64,000 bases of DNA from Eledone cirrhosa (lineage: Eukaryota): assembly GCA_964016885.1 (NCBI GenBank), contig OZ024741.1, forward strand, positions 123,814,001 to 123,878,000. Direction: 5' to 3'. Position 1 is the first letter of the stretch, and each line of letters starts with the position of its first letter. Shown here piece by piece: positions 55,278 to 64,000 of the stretch. The notes beneath the pieces are model-generated. The model had not been told where the DNA came from and did not search any database. It saw only the letters and a list, made by a program, of their open reading frames with translations. The position numbers were made by a program, and so were the translations under genes.

Positions 55278-57358
55278 TCAATCCTGGTAGTATTTGTAAT
55301 ATGAAAATGTAGATTTTAAGCGATGGTTACAGTATAACGATCGCTCTATTCTGTTATTTAATAAAATGTTTTTGGATTTCATAATACAAAATAATTCCAT
55401 ATTACATAATTTACAAAATTCTTGTCCGTGGGATATGGAGGGGCATTCACTATTATATCCCATTTTAGGTTAAATTGTTGGTTATTTTCACGCAGCTGCC
55501 AAGCTTTGTCTGCGAGTGTTGTTACATAACGCTGGTTTTCATGTTTTATCGAGTAACGATGTCTATAAAGGCGTGATTTGAAGGAGGTGGCTGTAGATCC
55601 CACATAGTACCACTTCTGTCTATCCGATTCGATAGTACATTTGTATATGATGTTGCGTTCAAGACACTGATTGTTCAACGGACACATTCCTGGTTGGACA
55701 CAGTTACAGTTATAATTTTGCGTTGTTGTATTGGCATCGATGGGTTGATGAGGTTGTTTAGGTAGGACAGGATATTGTTTGTTGTTTTGTGATGTTATAG
55801 CTAATGTTTTACGTGTATTGTTATGTGTTGGAAGGCGTTTATACAACCGTTTTACGTTAAGCTTTTTTATATGTTGTTCAATATTAGGGGCGGTTGAATA
55901 TGAAAGTCGAATAGTGTTAGGGTTTAAGATTTTATTATATTTATGTGATGTTGGAAAGTGTTTTTTAACTAATCGAAAGAATTGTGAGGGTAGATTGGTT
56001 TTAATAGAGTTGTTATAGACCGGGTTGTACCAAATATACTCTTTACATCGCCTTCTGTTTGGTGGTGTGCGACTATTATTGTGTCTATTACGGTAGTGTA
56101 TGTATGGTGGTGATTCTGTGCTATTTCTACCCCTATGGGATTTATTTTGGGTGTTTTGGTGATCTTCGACTATATACTCTATATTATCTAGGTGTCCGGC
56201 TTTCCTAAGTGCATCATCATAATATTCGGCATGTTCTTTGAAGGTTTGTTGGTTGGACGACAGGCGGGAGATTCTAAGAGAAACATTTCTAGGGATGGAT
56301 TTAATTATAGAGAGTGGATGGTTAGAACTCGTATTTACATATTTAAGGTTCTCATTTAGTTTATGGAACGGTTTAATCATTTCTGTATTGAGATTCAAAG
56401 TAACATCAAGGAAATTGACCTATTTGAGGTTATATTCAAATGTAATATTTAATCCTAGTTCCTTAAAAAGCTTTCTGATATTTGTACGCATCCTTTCTAA
56501 ATTCTGGTTATTCATATGCTTAACTAATAGGAGCGCATCGTCACGGTAGATTCCACCGTGGAGATCCTTGAATTTTCCTTGTAGTCTGTGGGTGATATAA
56601 ATTCCCACAAGATCTGTTACTTCCGCCGAATCATTGGAACCCATAGTAATATCAAAATTAGAAGGTCTATCTTTGCGAACCCAGTAGCTATCATCAAATT
56701 TAACAATAGTTTTCCTCGCTTCCATAATAATTTTAATTTCAGCATCCGTAAGGTCGGAATTAGCCTTGGCGAACGAAAGAGCTTCATGTAGAATATCAGG
56801 TGAAATTGAGGAATAATATTCATCAATATCAAACTGAATAAATTTTGATTTTTTCTTATCAGTAATGTTATTAAACCATCTTATTGCTTCATGAGTGTTA
56901 CCCCATAGTTTAATTTCTACTTTAGCCTTAACTTGGGGGATAATTCTGTCTAGTATATATTTGCTAATTTTGCCTATATCAGATTTAGAGGGGCATATAA
57001 GTCTAATTTTAGGGTCACTATCGAAGTTTACCTTGTGGTCCTTCAGGTTGAAGGATGGTGTAGCTGGTGTTAAGGGTTGCGTTCTATCGTCAATGCAAAG
57101 TTGTTTAACAATTTCACATGCCGAGTTGTTGATGTTTTTAGGTGTAGCTTCATTAGTTTTCTTGTATTTTTTATGCAATTCCTTACGGATGAAGTTATTG
57201 TAAGTGTCCACATACATGGTATATACGTTTGATGTTTTGTCTGCTGCTCTAACAATAATTCCATTGGCGTTTTTTAGATTATTGAGCAGTGCCGTGATGT
57301 CATTCTGTAGTTTATTGTTCTTCCGTTTTGTAAATTTGATCTCCATGATCATATCCAT
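55278..57358 (-). pseudogene. PLE RT + GIY-YIG endonuclease, few frameshifts
   Basis: ADKTSN, LKDHK, KIRLICPSKSDIG, QFDIDEYYSSI, FDITMGS, GGIYRDD, CNCVQPGMCPLNNQC (CxCx5C), IIYKC..YYVGST, LKW, CKLC. Confidence 0.9.
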
Positions 57359-57899
57359 TAGGTCTTGTTGTAACCATCGCTTAAAATCTACATTTTCATA
57401 TTACAAATACTACCAGGATTGAACGCCTGTCTCCATCTCCGTTTGATTGTCAAAATACATATTAACATTCTCTATTAGTCTTAATTCTATCAACTCTTCT
57501 GTTATTTACCATTTAATATAAACTGCTATAGATAAAATGAGATTTCTTAATTCAATTCCCTAATGCATATACCAGCTGGCTACTAGCATTGATGTTATTC
57601 AGTAGAATTCGAAAGCTCCACCTTCCTCAATTGACACTTTATAATTAATACTACTACACCAAATGACCAGCCCTGTCCATTGTTCAATTGGTCAAGTATA
57701 GATTAAAATAGGCACTCCCAAAAATTCTTATTTAGATAAAATAAACCATTTACTCATTGTATTCTCATTAGAAACCCTTTATATACTTGTTTAGCAGTAA
57801 ATTGAATTACCATCTGTCATATACTATCCCCTCTTTTCTTCCTCTATTACCACTAATATAAATACTTCAATTTTTCTGATTTTATCCAATTTATCCAAA

Positions 57900-58015
57900 A
57901 TCTCTGAAGAAGTGACAACTGATTATACATTTGCTATCGAATACTTGCTAACATTATATGATTACGCAAGCAGCGATACATAGGTATTCCGTCTGTTACA
58001 GAAACATATGTCAAT
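57900..58015 (+). ncRNA. pLTR hammerhead-like motif with long stem II (mirror copy ~54685-54800 on minus)
   Basis: CTGAAGA-AGTGACA...TGTTACA-GAAAC-ATAT-GTC. Stem I pairing is weak. Confidence 0.5.
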
Positions 58016-58175
58016 ACCTAATAAATTCCTTTTTTTTAAAAAAAGCACTTTCATTTTATATTCATCTTTTCTATATTTTCTCCGGAATATAATTTATACT
58101 CGTTGAGCAAACCTACACGTACGCTGTTCATCTCTAACGTAACGATATATTATCACTACATTATTGATAACCTGA

Positions 58176-58207
<32 letters not shown>

Positions 58208-60169
58208 TACGCGAAAGAAAAATAGGGCACTCTATTAAATTATGGACGTAATTACAAAATTGATATATACCAAAAAATAACCAACTCGTCCATTAACTAA
58301 TCAAGGTAACATTTATATATACGTTCGTATGTACACGTATATATAAGTATACATGCATATATATATGTAAACATATATATATGTGTGTGTGTGTGCGTGT
58401 GTGTGTGTCTGTGTGTGTCTGTATGTGCATATGTGTGTGTGGAAGTATAGTCTTAATTTATATGTGTGCGACCGTGTGTATAAATAAAATAGCAGGAATG
58501 CAAACAACTCAAACAAGTTTCTTAACGCCCACCTTCACAACGCCCACGACAGAAGAGAAGACGTTAAGAAAGGGACATACCATGACATGTGAACTAAACG
58601 ACGTTAAGATAAAAGAATGTTTTCCTGGAAACAATACAGAAAGTCATACTATTATATAGAAATATATATATGAATATAGCTACATTGTACATATTTAATG
58701 TTTACGTTAGGTTGTTTTCTGTGCTTTGGACAGGTGCGTTTGATAAATCATACAGGTGTTGTTTATGTAATTAGTTATTTAAATTCTACATAAAACAATG
58801 TTGTAATTTCCTGTTGAGCTTTAGAAATCCAGCTAAGGTGACTTTCAACGCTACCCGTAAAAGCATAATTGCTCCATTTAAGTATACTAAAAATGAATCA
58901 CACTAAACGCATCAAATGTTATTCAAATGTTATTGAACTTTAACGCATCAAATGCTATTCAAATATTTCGAATTATTTTACATCTAGCATTTATTTAATG
59001 CTAAACATTATGTTATTGTCGTTTTGGATAGGATTTCAAATACCTGCGGTGATTTACACTGAAGTTGAAAGGCTATGTCTTGATAAACAAAGTTTTTTTT
59101 AAATTTCTGGCAGTACCGATTCCAAGGATTCCAGTTGTTTATTCAACGAAACTGCTCGAGGAATTAATGTAAAGAAAATGAATTGATGTTTCCTTTAAAT
59201 GAAAGGTCCGACAATATCATACGCTCTGTCCCAGTATATTCCTCCGAAAATAAGGTTACCGGTCTGTAGAACTTCAAGCGATTTACACGGTAATTTCAGG
59301 AGTAAGGTGTTGTTCCGTTCATCAAACCACGGTAAAATTTATCGTCGAATCCAATGGATATCTACAATGGATATCTTCCTAAACAGTTTCGGACTACTAA
59401 CACATTTTATAGAATATATTTCTCTAAGATCCCTAACTCCAGCGTAAATGTGATAACATTTTTATGTTGTAATTTATTATTATTTTTTTCATTTTATTTA
59501 AGCATTTATTGTAAAATACTAGGAAAATAGCGAGGCAATTCATTCAACGCCCTAACTACTCGCAACCTATTGGTATCAAAGTAGTAAAAAGTAATCAGTA
59601 TGGCTGATTATCTACTTGTTTTCGTAAGGGTATTCATTCATCTGAACACACTCCCTCCATAACGTATCTAGAAATAGAATGTAAACAGTGAAATGGAACA
59701 ATGAGCAATATCGAACCACTGGTTACAGATATAGCTTGCCGGAAATTTTCCACGTTTCCGCCACACACACATATCCTCATACACAACATTTCCACGGAAA
59801 CTCACGCACAAACATCCATCCACACAGGAATAATTGCAGCTACACACATACGCATCCGCACACATATCCCCTAACACAGAAAACTATTTGCTTTAGCTTC
59901 TAGTTATAAATGTATGTCAGTAAAAAAAATAACAAGAAAAGGTGAGAGGAAGGAAGAGAGGGAAAGCGAAAGAGAAATGGTTAAATGAAGAAAACAATTT
60001 GTGAGACGAAGAAAAAATGAACGACAAAGCAGAGTTTCTATTATCTTCATTCGACCCGAGGATAATTCAAACACATTCTAAATATTCTGTATATATATAT
60101 ATAATATTATATTACGGTGTGTGTGTTATGTGTTCGTGTGTGTCAGTGAGAAAGAACATATGTGTGAGT

Positions 60170-60271
<102 letters not shown>

Positions 60272-60467
60272 ATATGTATATATAATTAGGAAGTTCTATT
60301 CTGAATATATATAGGTTTATTTTTTATTGGTACGGTGGATATACAGGCCTTCCTGCCCACCTATCCCTTCCACCAAAGAAAGTGACAGTTATGATGTTTG
60401 CAACTAGTTCTGGAATGTTAAACTATAAATACCACCATTAGAACGCAGATACTTATTTTTATACTAA

Positions 60468-60507
<40 letters not shown>

Positions 60508-60508
<1 letters not shown>

Positions 60509-60752
60509 GTAGGTCCCGGGTTGAGTCGGGGATAACCACAGTAAGTAAGGTACTCAATACATGGCAGAGTAAAAATTTTTTATTTTATAGAAGGAGCTTC
60601 TACAGGACTAGTACTGTTTCATTCAGATGAAATCTTCAGGAAGCTGGGTGTCATATTAAGTTCTGGTATCTTAATATGACACCCAGCTTCCTGAAGATTT
60701 CATCTGAATGAAACAGTACTAGTCCTGTAGAAGCTCCTTCTATGAAATAAAT
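60508..60752. mobile_element. Small fold-back hammerhead element in (TA)n; related copies at ~60930-61085 and ~62815-63003
   Basis: Arms ~60572-60660 and ~60670-60752 are near-perfect inverted repeats carrying AGCTTC-CTGAAGA-TTTCA..TGAAT-GAAAC-AGTACTA-GTC. A ~65-nt tail is present on one side only. Confidence 0.7.
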
Positions 60753-60772
60753 ATATATATATATATATATAT

Positions 60773-60845
<73 letters not shown>

Positions 60846-60846
60846 G

Positions 60847-60910
<64 letters not shown>

Positions 60911-61085
60911 TAGAGAGAGAGAGAGAGAGGTGGAATGGCTTCTACAGGACTAGAAGGGTTTCATTGGGAGGAAAATGACACAATTCTAGTCCTGTAGAAG
61001 ACATTTCTATATTAAAATTAATACTCTGATATGTATTGAATACCGTATATACTGTGGTTAGCACCTATTGGATTGAACCGGCGAT

Positions 61086-61130
<45 letters not shown>

Positions 61131-62159
61131 GATATACACATGCATAAATACATGGACATACGTATACATACACACACATATATATATAGAGATAGATACA
61201 TATATATATATATATATATGTATATGTGTGTGTGTGTGTGTATAGAAGACGTATACGTAGACATATAATAATATATTACAATTAGCTTAATTTCTCCTTT
61301 CTTTCTCAACTCACTGTATTTCTGGAGATTCCTACTACAGAGAAAAAAATACCAAATACAAAAAATAAATTCTGTATATTTTTATCATATTGTTACCTTC
61401 CAGCATTTTCTAATCTTTAATGATTTCATTCCCTCTTTTCTGTTTTTCATCATGTTTTCACCTCTGGAACCATTCAACCGTTCTTTTTTTCTTCCGTTTT
61501 AGCAAATTCTTTTCTTCTAGAATCCTTCTTTGTTATATTTCATCCACGTGAATTATGTGTGATTTTGTTTATGTTTTGTTTTAGTTCTTTTGTTTGTTTT
61601 GCTTTTCAATTTATATATCGTTTATCGATCACGATGCTCTCAAAAATATAATATTCCGTAAGGTCAAAGCACATTTATACAATATATATTCATATCTATA
61701 TCTCTCTATATATATATATTTATAGTAATAATAATAAATTTGAAGACTAAAATCCAAAGAGGGCTCGATAAGGATAAATATATATCAAATATATAAGAAC
61801 CGTAGAGCAAATATTTATTAAAATAACAGATTCAAGTTTAAACAAAGAATCACTGCTTTCACCCTTAACGGGATCTTCTGAAGAAGGGTGAAGGCAGAGA
61901 TTCTTTGCTTAAACTTTAATCTGTTATTTTAATAAATATATATATAAAAATGTGTGTGTGTGTGTGTGTGTGTCGATGCCTATGTGTGTATGTGTGGGCG
62001 TGTGTGTCCGTGTTTATGCGCGTGCGTGTGTGTGTACGTGCGTCCCTATTCCCTAACTTCTCTCTCACTCACATTTCCTTCCTGACGAAAGACAAACTTC
62101 TGACATGTTGAGCAGTCTTTTAACTACTTCACAAAAGCACTAAACGAATAATATTTCCC

Positions 62160-62214
<55 letters not shown>

Positions 62215-62385
62215 GGACGCAATGTCAACACTGAGAAAAAGTGGAATTTACAGGAAATGTTATTCGTTTAGCGCTTTTGTGAAGCGGTTAAAAGACTGCT
62301 TAACGTGCCAGACGCTAGTCTTTCGTCAGGAAGGAAATATGAGTAACATAGAAGTTAGATAATAAGCATGCATGCTTGCGTCTCC

Positions 62386-62419
<34 letters not shown>

Positions 62420-62454
62420 AGCACACACGCAAGCACACACGCAAGCACACATGC

Positions 62455-62492
<38 letters not shown>

Positions 62493-62494
62493 GC

Positions 62495-62561
<67 letters not shown>

Positions 62562-63008
62562 CGAGGTGCGACTGAAACGTTTTGAGACACACACAAAACA
62601 AATAGTTAACCAAATGAAACTGTGTCTGAGAAATGTGCGACATATCTGAAGTGCGGGGTTTATAATGTTAGATTTCTCTTGTTGTGTGCCAATAATGGTC
62701 ACAATCTCTCAGCTATTCATATACTGTCCGCGTGCGTTTGGGTATATATAGGGAAGGTAACTAGCTGAAGTCGCTGAGCTCGCGGTAGATCATCTAGTTT
62801 CTCTAATATATATATTTAATATAGAAAGGCTTCTACAGGACTAGAACTGTTTTATTCCGGAGAAATCATCAGGGCTGTCTGTGAATTTCTCCGGAATGAA
62901 ACAGTTCTGGTCCTGTAGAAGCCTTTCTATATTAAATATTTATACTCTGCTTTGAATTGAGTACCTTACTTACTGTGGTTACCTCAGATTGAACCCGGGA
63001 TAAACTTA

Positions 63009-63090
<82 letters not shown>

Positions 63091-63713
63091 GTAGCGGGGT
63101 TAATGCCCAACTAAACAATATCACTTCATAGCCTGAAGCTAAAACCATTTTATTCCGGCATATCTGGTATTTGTACAATGGGTTAAAGAAAATTATCGAT
63201 TAAATAGACCACAAATCTCTACGTAGCTGACCATCGATGACTAACAGTAATACTTCTATTATAACACTAACTGGCTTCAGTAACAACGTCACGTTCTCAA
63301 TGTGTACGTGATCAGATACGGCCATTTCAAATCTCACGTGAAATAGACATTTATTTTATATTGCGGTACTGTACTTTCTGTGAAAAAGTTCATAGTGATA
63401 AATATCACTTGTGAAGAAATGTAGATCATTTTTATTTTATTTATAAAACTGCGCATGATTTGAATAACAAAATAATCTATGTGCACAGAGAAATGTATAT
63501 ATATATATATATATATATATATTGTGTTCCAAAAATTGTATACAAGCTTTGATTACCTGTACAGGCAATGTTTATTAGGATGCTGTTGAAGTGTATGTAC
63601 ATTTTTGGATACACACACACAAATATATATATATAAACAAACATATAATATATATATATATATATACGATATTAAATAAATGGAAACTATATTTATAAAA
63701 CCATATTTATTTC

Positions 63714-63768
63714 ATTATATATATTTCAGGGATATCATATTAAAAATATGGTATGCCTTCTTCAGACA
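63714..63768 (-). ncRNA. Hammerhead motif
   Basis: Reverse complement reads CTGAAGA-AGGCATACCATATT..AATATGATATCCCT-GAAAT-ATAT-ATA. Confidence 0.5.
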
Positions 63769-64000
63769 AAATACAATATAAACAGTCTTATAAATAGATA
63801 GATTTGACATACCTTACAACTTCAACTTCCATTTAAAAAGTTGATTTGGTAGTGAAAAATGTTAGGGACAGTTATAAAAATATCGTAAATATCGTAAATA
63901 TACTCCAAATACTTGTTGAGTGCTTTTATATCAGTTATAAATATTTACTCGTTGTAACCCAACAATTTAAATAAAACTTTGCATATATATATATATATAT

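Larger units (their letters stand above)
54624..58182 (-). mobile_element. Hydra-like PLE, 5'-truncated, with a ~700-bp inverted pLTR and tail, in (TA)n
   Basis: RT/EN ORF on minus. 57369-58075 is a near-identical reverse complement of 54625-55332, followed by a ~105-nt tail to (TA)n. Confidence 0.9.

Noticed and set aside
59040-59450. Possible host exon (minus-strand GFDD..NNWNPW, faintly like a class C GPCR)
   Set aside because: Several in-frame stops, wrong motif spacing and no clear splice sites. Would need BLASTX.

Overview
Eukaryotic, AT-rich, microsatellite-dense DNA with no recognisable host gene. The SINE repertoire and (TA)n/(TACA)n load suggest an octopus-like cephalopod (inference). 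The window is almost entirely mobile DNA: two Tx1/L1-type LINE 5' halves (CCHC ORF1 plus APE endonuclease), four Penelope-like element (PLE) bodies (two Hydra-like RT+GIY-YIG copies and two 3' GIY-YIG fragments), two RTE 3' ends, a decayed Tc1/mariner transposase, probable Helitron-like elements and about a dozen tRNA-SINE copies. The main feature is an 8.35-kb array (14475-22824) of a 467-bp non-coding unit. Each unit carries a type I hammerhead ribozyme (18 in total). About 10.2 copies lie in one orientation and about 7.7 in the other, joined through a 4-bp microhomology and inserted in a (TA)n tract. A diverged ~418-bp relative (4836-5908) has the same hammerhead with compensatory base changes, a conserved octamer motif and the same inverted, tail-offset, TA-targeted layout. 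A RT-encoding PLE at 54.6-58.2 kb shares that layout. Together these point to a retrozyme/circRNA family copied into DNA as long multimers by PLE machinery. Roughly 20 further hammerhead motifs, many with expanded stem II and family-specific palindromic stem III, lie in TA tracts across the window. All alignments and folds were done by eye; no database search was run.
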